Origin: Octopus vulgaris
Lineage: Eukaryota
Length of the DNA stretch: 64,000 nucleotides
Direction of reading: 5' to 3'
NCBI GenBank assembly: GCA_951406725.2
Contig: OX597814.1
Location: forward strand, 78,616,001 to 78,680,000
Position 1 is the stretch's first letter. Each line of letters begins with the position of its first letter. Made by a program: the position numbers and the translations under genes. Below the pieces are notes generated by a model that was given only the letters and a program-made list of their open reading frames with translations, was not told the origin of the DNA and did no database searches. Positions 40,469 through 54,364 of this stretch are shown here, piece after piece.

Positions 40469-41741
40469 AAGAGAGAGTGTGAAACAAAAAGAGAGAAAAA
40501 GAGAGCATGAGAAAATAAAGTTACAGGAAAAAAACAAAGTACAAACAAGTGTGTAAGAATTAGAAAGCAGGTGATGGAGGACGGATGGCAGAAGTGAATG
40601 AATGAGTGCAAGAGAGTAAAGAAAGAGCTATGGAGAAGTAAAAAGCAGTCAAAATTCATTGTTATTCATTTATTTATTTTCTGTTTCCCAACCATTTCCC
40701 CATTCTTGCATGAGGAGGGGTGTCTTTTTTGTTGGTTCCATTGTTTTTCACAGCTGGATACCTTTCAACTGCTAACCACTCAGCTGTGAATTAGGAATGG
40801 AATCGTTTTTTATTATCATCATCATTATTATTATTATTTTTATTTCTCCCACAATCAGACAAACTGAAACAAGCAGGGTTATGTTACTTTGTTCAGAGAC
40901 ATTAGGCAATGATTGTTATTATTTTAGCTCCATGGCTAGCTTTCACTCAATGAACTTATGACCAAAGGCATTCTAGCCATGACCATCCTGTCTTTTTGAA
41001 CATCAAGGATTACATGACAGCATTGCTAAATAAGTCCATCCCCTCATTAATATGGGTATGTGTGATTTGGTTACTGTTTCTAGCATACTGAGTAGTCACA
41101 TGAAAGCTGATTCATTGGCTTGTGGTGGTGGTGGTGGTAGCTGTTAGTATTGATGTAAAGCACGAGTTCATCCATCATTGGATAGGCCTAGTTTAAAAAT
41201 TCACTCCTATTTCTATTAGGCTGAGCAATCATTCAGAGTAGCAGTCTACAGCAAGGGCTCTGTGCATTGCTGGATTCCATGAGCTATCTTTTATCGGTTA
41301 CTTGTTTCAATCACTGGACTGCAGACATGCTGGAACACTGCTGTGAAGGGTTGTAGTTGAAAAAAATCACCTCCAGTATATTTTGTTTTTAAGTCTGGTA
41401 CTTATTTTATCTTTAGTTGCATTGCTAAGTTATGGGAACACAAACAAACCAACACCAGTTGTCAAGTGTTGATGAAGCAAGGAGAGACAAACACAATCAC
41501 AAAGACACACATATGACATGGTACCAAACAATTTCCATCAGCCAAATTCATTCATAAAGCTTGTTTGAACCAGGGCTGGGGTAGATGATGCTTGCCAATG
41601 TGCCATACAAATGCAAAATAAGTTTCTTAATTGCTTGGCCATACCTGTGCTTATATTCAAAATTTCAAAAGGTTACGGTATAAACTATATAATTGTATAT
41701 GTTTTCAAGTAAGGGGAAAATGAGTGTTGTTGGTTATTTAA

Positions 41742-41927
41742 TCCTTTAGCATTTAAACCAGCCATATCCAGTTAAAATATTCTACCTGTTTTATGGTCAA
41801 ACTGGCCATATCTGGCCTCTCACACCAACATCACAATTTTATTCTAAAAATTAGCAGTTACCTCTTCAAAATCTCAAAGCTAAGAATAAATAAGTACTAC
41901 TTATGATTGAATGTGAACACTAAAGGG
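41742..41927. mobile_element. piggyBac-type MITE
   Basis: TTAA|TCCTTTAGCATTT...CACTAAAGGG|TTAA; inverted relative to 19887-20107. Confidence 0.8.
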
Positions 41928-43438
41928 TTAAATCAGCTTACAAAGACAAAACTTTTAAAGGTTTAGGAACCATGTGAAAATTCATTTAAATAAAAGGGGT
42001 CCTAGATAGCAAAATGGTAGGGAACCACTGATGTAGGGACTCCATCACTGACTTGACAATGATTATAATGAAACTTGAACTTATGATTAAGAAGCCAGTA
42101 TTCAAATACCATAATCTCACAGTTATAATCACTAAATAGTTTTTTGATGACACATTATGATAAATAGCAATATGATAAAATAAAAAATATCCTTTTTATC
42201 CAGTTTCAGTTTTCAGTACTATCTTGCTATAATTTGTGTTATTATTTTTTTTGTATATATATTTCAAAGAATGTGTTTAAATTGCATCTAGTAGTGGGGT
42301 GTGGGGTATGGTTTAGGAGTTCCAGGGTCTTGGAGTCTGGAACCACTTCTTAGCCACTATTATTTCACAGGTTTATTCTGACAGGGTCCTAGATATGGGT
42401 TAATTAGCAATTCAACCAGGCAGATGGAGCTTGTTAGCTTGGGAGGATCAAGCCAGCTAGGGGAAGGAAAAACTGATACCAAATCTCTGCTGCCTTCTGA
42501 CCATACCCAACTATGGGAAAGATTTTGAGAGTAAACCCTGAGCTAAAATTGGAAGTTGGAGCCCCTGAGGCAGTTTGATGTTGTCTACAGCCTTTTCCTG
42601 TAAACTCCTGTGATGACAATGGTACCAAACTTTTATAGCTGTGCTGTTCCTTTGGATCCATCAGTGACATGGAAAAGAGGAACATACAGCATGGATGAAA
42701 ACCTGTTCTTGATACCATACTGCCAAGTGCTTGGATCCTATGAAACATCCTATACTGGAGAGATAATCACAGACAACACTGTTCCAGTAAGGAAGACAAC
42801 TAGGACCTTTATCCATGGTCATTAGTGACAAATAGGGGCCATAGAGATTTGATAAAATGGTACTGGAATATATGCAGTCAATATTTCAAAATCAGATAAG
42901 GCGGCAAGCTGGCAGAATTGTTAGCATGCCAGGCATTTTGTCTGTCTTTACATTAAGGCCCTTGGCCATACCAGCTTCTGTCAAACTGTCCAACCCACGC
43001 CGGCATGGAAAACAGATAGACATTAAATGATGATGATGATGGTGATATATAAATATAAGGATATTATTGTAAACAATAATAACCTTATATATATATTCTT
43101 ATAATTTATTATTCACTTCAATCACCTTTTTAAATTTGCTGCGGCATTAAAAATGGTCATCATGAACATTGTTGAGATGGGCAGTTTCTATGACCCTCGG
43201 GTCAGTAAGATTCACTGATGAGAACTAAATGGCATTTTCACAAAGTTTGAAATTGTGATGATACAGGTATGTCTGGCTTTTCAATTTACAATTCTTTTCA
43301 TTATTGGTGCAGGGGCTTAGAATTTCTGCTCATTCCTCCAATTTCAGCGAAAATTTGCAGTTGTAGTTGTCTTCTGACTGCTACTTTTAATGTGCTGGTA
43401 CTACTTGTAGCACCCTTAATTATTAATTAATATATATA

Positions 43439-44625
43439 TGAGGTTATATCAAAAGTTTCTGGATTAGTTATGTTTAATAAAAAATCATTTATTTATCTAA
43501 GTTTTAACATCATCTCCTTGAAATACTCCCCTTGTGCAGCAATACACTGGTTTCAGTATTCTTGCCACTTTTGGAATCTGGCCTGGAAGTCATTTTTTGT
43601 AAGTGAGTGGAAGACCTTCAATGATTCATTCTTGATCTTGACAACAGTGTTAAAATGGTGATGTCTGAGCTGCGTTTTCATTTTGGGGAAGAGATGGAAG
43701 TCTGCAAGAACTAAATGTGGCGAATAGGGCGGGTGTGGAAGAGATACCATGTTGCTTTTGGTGAGAAACTCATGAGGGAGGAAAGCTCAGTGACAGGGTG
43801 CATTGTTGTTGTGAAGAATCCAATTTTTGGGGTCCCACAGATCCAGTTGTTTTTGATGAATGTCCTCCTCCAAAATGTCATAGCAGAACTCTTGATTGAC
43901 GGTCTGGCCCTGGGGGGATGAATTCTCAATGCACAATACTGTGTATGCCACAAAAAACGATGAGCATGCTCTTGATTAAGCTGTGGCTCTGTCATGCCTT
44001 CTTCCATTGTGGACAACTGCTGCTTCATCTCAAGGTTGTACCCATAGACCCAACTCTTGTCACCGGTGATAATCCTCAACATGAAGGATGGGTAATCAGC
44101 AGCATACTGATAGAGATCTCGACAGACTTTGACTCAATGTTCTTTCTGTTCATTGGTCAGCAGGTGGGGGTCAAACTTGGCAGAGATATACTGCATGTTC
44201 AATTCAAAGGTTAAGATTGCCTGCACAATTTGATGATTGTCTTTGATTGTCCTCTGACAATCCTCATGCACAAGCTGATGAATTTTCTCCACATTTTTGG
44301 GAGTGATGCTCATGGCAGGTCTTCCAGATCGCTCATTGTCTTCAAGGGACATTCTTCCACTTTTGAAGTGCCCGTGCCACTTAAAACATTGTGTATGACA
44401 CATTGTCTTGTCACTGTAAGCTTGCCAAAGCATATTCAATGTCTCAGTAGCAGACTTCTCAAGTTTAACACAAAATTTCATATTGGCTTTTTGTTCCTGT
44501 CTATAACAAAATCACTGACTACAGCATACACATGATCACAAAAACACAAATTTCACAACTTGCAAAGCAAGCAGTGATGTCACTTGGCACACTGCCTCAT
44601 GAAGATCACTGCTAGCTCTCACTGC
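43439..44625 (-). pseudogene. Nearly full-length but frameshifted mariner transposase; one TIR visible
   Basis: ORFs 44134-44481 (KFCVKLEKSATETL..RSGRP), 43711-44082 (IITGDKSWVYGY) and 43553-43750 (LPHPPYSPHLVLADFHLFPKMK). TIR-like TA|TGAGGTTATATCAAAAGTTTCTGG at the left end; the right end abuts a SINE. Confidence 0.9.
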
Positions 44626-45006
44626 ACATGCAACTTTCAGTTTCTGTTTACCAGGTCCACTCACAAAGTTTTGATTGGCTCTGGGCTATAGTAGAAGACA
44701 CTTGCCCAAGGAGCCATTCAGTGGGACTGAGCCTGGAAACACGTAGTTGGGAAGTAAGCTTCTTACCACACAACCACACCTTTGAATTGAACCCCCTAAA
44801 ACATGAAAAACCATGTTAGGTCTGCTAGTATTTGAACTTGGAATGTAACAAGACCATAACTATCTACTGTAAGTCACTGACCGACTCTTAGCATATCATT
44901 CAATATTTTTTTTCTCTTTCACTGGGTAACCCTGTAATTAAGATGGAAAAAGCCAATTGTGAAAGGTTTATACTTATATGCGTATATGAGTCTATATGGC
45001 TGTGCA

Positions 45007-45038
<32 letters not shown>

Positions 45039-45339
45039 AGTGATTTTAACATGCTAATTAACTGAAATGAACTTTTAAAAAATAAAGAAACTTGAATGAT
45101 GATGTTGATGGAAATGACATTTTACTCTAAGTTAGTGGTGTATCAAGACAGTTTTCCTCTTCTTATTTTGTCTTTTCTGTTTTCTTTCTCCCTTCTTTTT
45201 TCCCTTTTCTTCAAATCTGCAATTTATTATACACTTCTGGGTCCAACTCTTTCCCATAAAAATATAAGCTTGGTTGGGTGGCAGAAGGATAAAACATAGG
45301 AGGTTGTAGAAGTGTGTGAAAACAGCAAGGATTTGAAAA

Positions 45340-46000
45340 CGTCAGGTGGTGGGAGTGATGTTAATGAAAGCAAGTGTGAAAACATGATGCTGGTGGTGTG
45401 ACAGTAATGAACAAACATGAAGCAGTAGTGGCAGTGGTGACAGCAGTAGAAAAACAAGTGATGATGGTGGTGATGGTGATAATAGTGTGAAAACATGTGG
45501 TGATGATAGTGATGATAGATGTGTAAAAGCACAGTAGTGGGGATTTTAATAGCAGTATACAAACATGAATGATGGTATCGGTGGTCATGGTAAGAGTGCT
45601 ATGAAAATATGTGGTGATAGTAGTGGTGATGATCATAGTATGAGAACAATTAGTGGTTGTGTTGGTGATGATAGTAATGTGAAAAACATGTGGCTGTTGC
45701 AGTATTGGTGATACTAACATGAAAACATGTTAAAGGTAATTTTGAAGTTGGTGATAGTAGTAAGAAACCATGGGGCAATGGAGGTGGTGTTGATAGTAAG
45801 AAAACATGTGGTGGTGGTGGTGATGTTAGTGGTGAGTAAGCAAAAGTGGTGGTGGTGATGATGTTGAGTTGTTTGAAAACATGTAGAAATGATAGTATTA
45901 GTGGTGAGAAAACATGTGGTTGTTGTGGTGGTGAGATGTTGTGTGAAAACATATCATGATGAAAATATGTGGTAAAGGTATTAATTGTGTGGTGTGACAA
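45340..46000. repeat. Degenerate ~38-39 bp tandem repeat built on GAAAACATGTGGTG/GAT triplets
   Basis: AAACATG-like anchor recurs about 13 times at roughly 38-39 nt spacing. Confidence 0.7.
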
Positions 46001-47994
46001 CATGGGGGTTTATATATTAAGGGAAGACAAAAACAACATTTCAATATTAGTAGAGGGAAAACAAATGAACATCTATATTTATTATTTTGGTTATGGTGGA
46101 AAAGAAAAACAAAATTCCATGCAACATTTTTTTGCATTCCTTTATATATTCATGAGTTCAAACCCAGCCAATGTTGCTCTACATACTTCTGGGAGTTTGA
46201 TAAGATAAATTTCAGTCATTGGTTGGATTGAGCTGGCTATATCAACCTTCCAAATCTCTGGTTCTAGTCCTGTTAGAGTACTAGGGATTCCATAATCATA
46301 TATAGCCATGAAGTATGAACACAGTCTAATGATCAAACCATTAAAAGAATATGGTGTATACAAAACTATAGAGTAACCCATCAGATTAATGTAAAATTGT
46401 TTCGGTTGTTAGGAAGGGCATCCAGTTCTAAAAACCATGTCAAAACAGACACTGAAGCCTGGTGCAGTTTTTTGCCTAGCCAGCTCCTGTCAAACTGTCC
46501 AACCCATGCCAACATGGAAATCAGACGTTAAATGACAACAGTGGTGATGATGATATATATCTTACTTCCCAACCATGTGGTTTTGGATTCTGTCCCAATG
46601 CAAATGTTTTCTACTCTAACCCTGAGCTGATGAAACCCTGTTTTCTACTCTAACCCTGTGACTAGATTTGGTTGAATGAAACTGAAAGAAGTCTATCACC
46701 CAGCACACTCAGTAAGGTGGAAGGGCACCCAGCAATACAAACCAGGCTAAATCAAACAGGAACCTGGTGCAGCTCTCTTGCTTGCCAGCATGGAAAACTG
46801 ATGTTAAAGGATGATGATGATATGTATATAAATGAATGTATATTAATGTGTATGTGTGTGTATGCATGTATGCAACCATGCCTGGATATCATGTGACAAC
46901 TGTAAATTAGCATCATTGTCATTCAAGTGAGGTTGTTCATTTCCAGTGTTTCATGAAAAATATGACAAGTAATGGGAAAATATTATTTTGCTTGGAAACA
47001 GTTGAGGATTGGCAACAGGAAGGGCAGCTGGACATAGAAATTTTGCATCAACAATTTCTGTCTGATTCATGCAAGCATGGAATAGTTGACATTAAATGAT
47101 GATGATGATGATGATGATGATTGATCAACAGGTGATAACACAATAAAAAAAAGAAGAAAATTCAATAGCTGTGTGAAGTATTTACATAGATCTCCAAACA
47201 AACAACACACACACACACAACCGTATATGTGCAAACAGTTACACATTTATATAAATAAAAGAACAAATAACCAGAAAATATTGCAGGCTGCACATAATTT
47301 CTATGGGATTAAGAATATAAGTTTCATATACTTACTTATAGAGGTACAAAAACACAGCACTGACAACACTAAACATCAGCACCTACAAATAGAATGCAAA
47401 AAAAAAACATGTTAAATATATATATATATATATATGATGTAATTCTCAAATAAACATCAAAAAAGCACAGTTCAATAAAGGATTCAATACATTATATATG
47501 CAGAGGGTGTATTTTTTTTTTAATCAAAGAAGTATGGCTTTATAGGGATGTCACTGTTTCAATAGATATTATATCTCATCACACAGGTCAGAAATAAATG
47601 TCGTAAATTCATAACATGAATATATATATATAGGCAAAAAAAAGAAAAGGTAGAGTAATAGACCATATATTCACATTCCTTGAGGAAAAGACAGAAAGAT
47701 AAAAATAAAAAAAAAAATTATAGAAATATATTGAAGGAAACATTCAGAAAAAAAATGCATCTTCTATCTTGTCTTTTTACTGGTTTCAGCCATTGAATTG
47801 TGGCCATGCTGGGGCACCACCCTGGAAGGTCTAGTCAAACAAATTGACTCTAGTAGTTGCTATTTTAAACCTGGTAGTTATTCTACTGGTCTCTCTTGCC
47901 AAACCATTAACTTACAGTGATGTAAATAAACCAACACCAGTTGTCAAGTAGTAGTTGGGGACAAACACAACCACAAATATATGCATACATGGTT

Positions 47995-48230
47995 TTGACG
48001 TATGAGGATCTGGTCAGTGCAGGTGGTACCTTTGCAGCCGCTTTTCTCCTTTGCTTTGCAGCCCTTAGCCTGTTAACACTGGTTGAAACAAAGTCTCTTG
48101 TACCATTTTGACATGATGATCTCCATTTTGCTTGTTCCAAGGCTGCTCAAAGGTGTTGTGAGCTATATTGACTGTTGAGAGGTTACTCTTCAGCTTGTCC
48201 TTATATTTTAGCCATGGTTGACCAATATTC
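47995..48230 (-). mobile_element. RTE-clade LINE C-terminal fragment (different family)
   Basis: ..GQPWLKYKDKLKSNL.. / ..KWRSSCQNGTRDF..RLRAAKQRRKAAA, a typical RTE end. Confidence 0.7.
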
Positions 48231-48429
48231 CTGTGCATGTGGCATGTAAAAAGCACCGTTTGAGCGTGGTCAATGCCAGTGCTGCCTAGTTAGCCCCCAT
48301 GCCGGTGGCACATAAAAAGCACCCACTACACTCTCAGAGTGGTTGGCATTAGGCAGGGCATCCAGCTGTAGAAACCTTGCCAGAACAGATTGGAGCCTGG
48401 TGCAGCCTCCTGGCTTGCCAGTCCTCAGT

Positions 48430-49303
48430 TCTGTCACTGCTGAAGTGCTGAAAGCTGCATTTGAGGAAAACACAAAACCAACTGTACAAGAACTAGCAAA
48501 ACAGTTTGATTCAAGTCACACTTTGATCAGAAAACACCTTCATAAGTTAGGAAATGTGTCTAAAGTTGATCAGTGGATCCCTCATATTTCTGGCTGCTTC
48601 TTATCTTATTGGAAAACATGCCCTCTGCTTGACATTGAAAAGCAGACTGGTCACCAAATCTTTCTTGGGAAGAGTAGTTCCAAGTGATGGAAAATGGATT
48701 CTTTGTAATCATATCTGATGAAAGCAACAATGGTTAGTACTCTATGAAAAAGGAGAAGCTATTCTCAAACCAGGACTACACCAGAAAAAATATTATTCCC
48801 TGTGTTTTGTTAGATATGAAGAATGTTATCTGCCATGAAGTGTTAAACCAAAGAAAAACAGTATTGTCACCAATTGGAAGCACTGGCAAAAATTTGATGC
48901 GAAAATGCCCATCATTGGTCAATAGCAAAAGGAAATGCAAGACCATATATTGCCCATATCACTTAGGAAGATATTATGACACTAAACATAGAGGTTTTTG
49001 CCTCATCTTTGTAACTCTCCTGACCTTGCTCTATCTGACTATTATCTTTTGAGATCATTGCAACATTATTTAGAAACAAAAAAGTTTATTCACTGTGAAA
49101 AGGTTAAAAATGATATTGAGTGTTTCTTTGCTTTGAAACCAGAAGCATTTTATGCCTGAGGGATCAACAATTTGTCATATACATGAGATTATATTACCAA
49201 TAATAAAGGGAAATATTATCTTCGTTAAATACAACAATTAAGACTAAAGAAGAATTTGTTTGTTTCCCAGCATGAAACGCAACATGACTTTCTTTCCAAC
49301 CAT
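48430..49303 (+). pseudogene. 5'-truncated, decayed mariner transposase with right TIR
   Basis: LKAAFEEN..TVQELAKQF..IRKHLHKLG.V.K...WIPH, then a CTCCTGACCTTGCTCTATCTGACTATT (SPDLA.SDY) motif, ending at TIR-like AAACGCAACATGACTTTCTTTCCAACCA-TA. Confidence 0.85.
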
Positions 49304-49519
49304 ATATATATATCCACAAAGCGAAAGTGATGTAAATTGAGATTAGGTGAAGATTGCTATAAAACAAATGAAAACAAGTTCATATGAGTAAGCTATAAAA
49401 AAAATTACTGAATGTATTAGGTAGAAAATTGCATATAAAAAGTATTATTAAAAGTGATAAAAATATGAATTGCTCATATCCAAATTGTAATAATAATAAT
49501 AATACCTCTATGTATCATA

Positions 49520-51370
49520 GAGTTCCAGAACTATATAGTCGTTACATTGACAACATTATCGGTGCCACCTCACTCTCCCGTGAACATCTAGATTCCTTCC
49601 TCTCTTTCGTTCAATCCTTCCATCCTGCCCTCCACTTCACCTCCACTATCTCCAACACCTCTGTCTCCTTCCTCGACATTTCAGTCAGCATTCATCACTC
49701 CACTCTTACCACCTCCATTTACTACAAACACACAGACTCACACTCATACCTAAACTTCTCTCCCTCCCACCCCAAACACATCAAGCTTTCCATCCCCTAT
49801 TCCTCCGTCTACGTAGGCTCTGTAGTGATGACCATGACTTTGAGACTCAGTCTCAACTCATGGCTCGCCACTTCATCCTATGTGGATACCCCCTCACCAC
49901 TATCCACACCGCCCTTGCCAGAGCATGTTCCGTAGACTGTGCATCTGCTCTCTCCCCCCCAAACCCGCCCTGTAGTCTCCCGCTTCCCTTTTCCCCTCAC
50001 TTACCACCCCACGACCCTACCTCTCCAACGCACCATTCTTCGAGCTTTCCGGCATCTCCAGTCCGATCCGTCCACTTCACACCTCTTCCCTAACCGACCT
50101 CACCCCTCCTTCAAACGAGCCCATAACCTACGAGACCTCTTGGTCCACAGCTCCTTCCCTGACCCTACCTCCCAACCTGGCTCGTTCCCCTGCTCCCGCC
50201 CACGTTGCCGCACTTGCCCTTACCTCTCCAACACCACCCTCCTCACTGGCACCCATCATCAACCCTATCGCATCATCAACTCCTTCACCTGCACCTCCAG
50301 CAATATCATCTATTGCATCTCCTGCTCTCTCTGTCATTCCCTGTACATCGGACAAACGGGACGCCGCTTGGCTGACCGGTTCGCGGAACACCTCTGTGAC
50401 ATCCGCCTTGCCAATGACACACCGGTCTCATGCCACTTCTGCTCCACCGGTCACTCCTTGCAACACCTGTCTGTGTTCGGATTGTCCTTGCACAGAGGCC
50501 ATCTGGATTCCCGTTTGCGCCGTGAACAGGAATTAATCTTCTCTCTTCGCTCTTTTACGCCATTTGGTCTCAACTCTCCCCACCTTCTCATCTAACCTCC
50601 CCCCGACTCCTACTTCTCTTCAGTCCTTCATCTTTTCACCCCTACTCTCTTTTCCTCCTCTTCTTTCCTGTTTCTTCTTCCCTCTTCCCCTTCTCTCTGC
50701 TCTCTCACTCCCTTTCTCTCCCCCTCCTCCTATCCCCTCCTTTCCCATCCCCCTCCTCTTATCCTATCCTTCCTTCTCCCCCCACCCTCTCCGTCCCCCT
50801 TCCCTCTCCTTCCTTCCTTCTTCCCCCCTCACCCCCCATCTCATCTCCTCTCTCCTCCCCTCTCCCCCTTTCACTCTCCCCACAACCCCCACTCTAAACC
50901 AACCCCCAGCCAAACCCACACCCCACATGAACTTTCCCCACCTCCCCACATCACACTACACTACACCATACGACACTACACTACACCATACGACATTACA
51001 CATCACATCATACACGTCCAGACCTTTCATACGCACATACATACTCTCTCATACACACACACACCCTTATGTTGGGGCGAGGTCATTTGACCCTGTTATC
51101 TCCCCTACTATCCCTCTTGCGTATAACGTCTGATCTCTGACTTCTGGCCGAAATCAGACCGCCATGTTGAATCGTTAGCTCCTGCACGCATTTTTTTTCT
51201 CTCCTTGTTTCTCTCCGTGTTTCTTTTCTGTGTATCTTTCTGTTGAAGAGCATAGGCTCGAAACGTAAAAGACTTATTTTGTTTCTATTCCTGAGCGCCA
51301 TACTAATACAATTGTTTGTTTGTACTCCACCTGCCTTCGTCTTTTGTTTATTTTCGTAAAGCTTCCCGTT
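49520..51370 (+). mobile_element. 5'-truncated Penelope-like element: RT C-terminus, GIY-YIG endonuclease, pyrimidine-rich 3' region and pLTR
   Basis: RYIDNI..SFHPALHFT..SFLDI..IYYKHTDSHSYLNF..SHPKH.K.SIPYS (PLE RT) and CSRPRCRTCP..FTCTSSNIIYCISC..C...YIGQTGRRLADRFAEH (GIY-YIG). Frameshifted. Ends in (TA)n. Confidence 0.95.
51235..51272 (+). ncRNA. Minimal type-I hammerhead-like motif with non-canonical core (CUGUUGA)
   Basis: UCUUU CUGUUGA A GAGC auag GCUC GAAA CG UA^AAAGA: stem I UCUUU/AAAGA, stem II GAGC/GCUC, palindromic ACGU stem III. Confidence 0.7.
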
Positions 51371-51634
51371 ATATATATATATACATATACATACATACAT
51401 ACATACATATATGTGTGTGTAGGCAATTATGCGGATAAACAGATTCAATATAACAGCTTGGGTTTGATATACAAAATATGTGTTTATATGTAAAACAGAA
51501 AAAAAGCAAAGACTGAAGATTTTCAGATGAGGAATATTTATATATAAACATAGATATTTATATATCAATAGATCAAACTTATACATGGTACAAACGATAA
51601 AGAAATTTAAAGGGGGGGGGGTAATGTGTTACAA

Positions 51635-51759
51635 ATCCAACAGCTGTTTCTGGAGGCTCAGAGATCCATCATAATGTTGGTAGACGTAGTTCACCAAAAT
51701 TTGCAGTCAGTAAAGGAAGCAAATAAACATTGGATAAATTAAGCCTACGTCATCAGGAT
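51635..51759 (-). ncRNA. Hammerhead-like motif with long stem II region in a second pLTR-like element (~51425-51790)
   Basis: Minus strand: AUC CUGAUGA cguAGGCU...~80 nt...AGCCUcca GAAA CAGCUG UU GGAU; palindromic ACAGCUGU. Confidence 0.6.
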
Positions 51760-53435
51760 AGAAACAAATTCTTACATTTCAGATCATGATGCAGGTAAGT
51801 TTAAAGGTGAAATACACACACATATGTATAAATATGTGTGTGTATTCATATATATATGTGCATTTGTGTGTGTGTTTGTGTGTCTATATGTGTAAGTGTA
51901 CCTGCATAAAGATACTGCTTTATTTTTAAATAGTATCTTTGTGTAAGAATATGTGTAAACACTATGCACTTGTCTCTGTGCATAATATGTGTATATATAT
52001 AATGTTTTTAATTTAGATATAAACTGATGTTTTCTTCATATCTAAATGCAAGAAACATTAATAAACAAAGAATAACTCAATATATGGTGTAAAGTTAAGG
52101 TAGCAAGCTGACAGAAATGTTAGCATGCTGGGTTCAAATTCCACCAAGGTTGATTTTGCCTTTCATCTTCTGGGGTCAATAAAAGAACTACCAGTTGAGT
52201 GCTGGGGGTTGATGTAATTGACTTATCCTCACTCCAAAATTGCTGGTCTTGCGCCAAAACTTGGAATCAATATAAGAAAGTGGTTGATTGTGAATCCCTG
52301 TTTCTGCTGAAGATACTGACTAAAACTGATAAACCTGCCAGGTGAAACTTTTTTTATAAAATATGTGTAGGAAGAATGTGCGGTGGTAAAAAGCTTGCTT
52401 TGGAATCAGATGGTTTTCAGTTCAATCCTACAGTATTGCTTCTGGGGCAAGTGAATCCTGCCACAGTCACGGGTCAACCAAACCCTTGTAAGTGGATTTG
52501 GTTGACAGAAACTGAAAAAAAGCCCATTGTAAACATACACAAATACATGCATGTATGTAAGTGTATGTGTCTTAGTATTTACTTGTGTTCCCACCACTTG
52601 ACAACAGGTGTTGATTTGTTTACATCCACATAACTTAGCAGTCTGGCAAAAAGACTTACAAAATGTGCTGGACTTGAAACAAAAAAGTACTAGTGGTTGA
52701 TTTGTTTGACTAAACCCCTTTAAGGGTTATATATATGTATATATTTATTATTCTTATACAGTAATGTTGTTGATAGTGACTTCAAAATTTCAACCAGCTA
52801 AGCGATCATCAAATTGTAAAATTTCTTTTGTTATAAATGAAAGTAAAAACAAGCATTTATATGTATGTTTCTGCAAAATAGGAGCAGCTTATCCTGTTCA
52901 GGCTATACTATTATATATATATATATATATGTATGTATTTATGTATACACACACTCACACATGTATGTTTACTGGTCTCAGTATATATGAAGTAGGGTTA
53001 ACAAGGTTTGCCACTGTCATTATTTTACTCTCCCAACTCCATTATTTTCATTACCATCCTTACCAGCTGTATTCTTCGGGTGCTGTTTTTACAAGATACA
53101 AAAGAAAGCAATGCAATCATGAAGGGAGTTAAAACAACTTGCAAAAAGAATCGTGTATTTGTTTACTTGCCCTTCCTTCTTCTCTCTCATGTAGAACAGA
53201 CAACATGCATTTCACTGTTGGAAACAGCAGAAACACTATATAATAGATAGGGGTTTTAAGTATTTTACCACCACCACTACCACCAAATTTATGACACTCA
53301 ACAACAAGCATTAAACACTGTGACTATCACCACAGACAACTGGCACTACTACTGCTATGCTCTCGGTTATTATTGTGACTTTCCACATTGGTATCTTCTC
53401 AACCAATTCTTTGGTCTATCCTCACACCAAATATA

Positions 53436-53467
<32 letters not shown>

Positions 53468-53468
<1 letters not shown>

Positions 53469-54330
53469 CTCTATTTATGAAATTGAAATGCGAAAAGTTT
53501 GTTTGTTTGTTTGTCTGGTTTTGGCATTGAGAACGGGTTAAAGGCCACTAGATCCTGTCGGATTGACTCCAAAATAGAAATCCCTATCTTAAAAGGTGTC
53601 GTTGCTAGGGCCAAAAACGCACTTTGACAAGTCTACTCTCATTCTTTTATATATCTGTCTTCCTCCGTCACTCATTCTCTTTCCTCCCTGCCCATCACTT
53701 TCTATATATAACGTCGTTTAACAGCGTCTAACTCACTCATTCTCTTTCCTCCCTTCCCATCACTTTCTATATATAACGTCGTCTAACAGCGTCTAACTCC
53801 CCTTCACTTTCCCTTTATAATGTTGTGTCACGGCATTCTATATCTCCCCCTCCTCCCTGCCTTCCACAGCGCTTTCACACACTCTCTCTCTTTACGTCTG
53901 CCTGCATTCATAGAGAGAATTATCATCGCCACCACCACCACACAATCATGAGAACAAATATTATGAATCAGATATTTATTGGGTTAATTTATATATGTGT
54001 GTGTGTGTGTTCTATATATAAATATGTATATGTAATGTATATATACAAAGTGTATATATCTGTATTTATGTATATTAAACTTTTTCATACTTTTTGATAG
54101 TTATATATATTTTTTTAAAAATTATAAATATAAATTAATAATTTTAATTTTAAATTTAAATAATTTAAATTTTTCAATTTTATATTTTATATATTTTGTA
54201 TATTATATTTTTATTTTTATGCTTTGGTTTATGTTTTTCACAGTTTGATTTGCCTATTAGTGGTTTTATCTCCAATTTAATTTATACATACATATATATA
54301 ATTTGTATACATTTGTATATATAATGCGTG

Positions 54331-54364
<34 letters not shown>

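Noticed and set aside
50564-51133. 189-aa Pro/Ser-rich ORF (and 55784-56086)
   Set aside because: Polypyrimidine low-complexity 3' region of the Penelope element.
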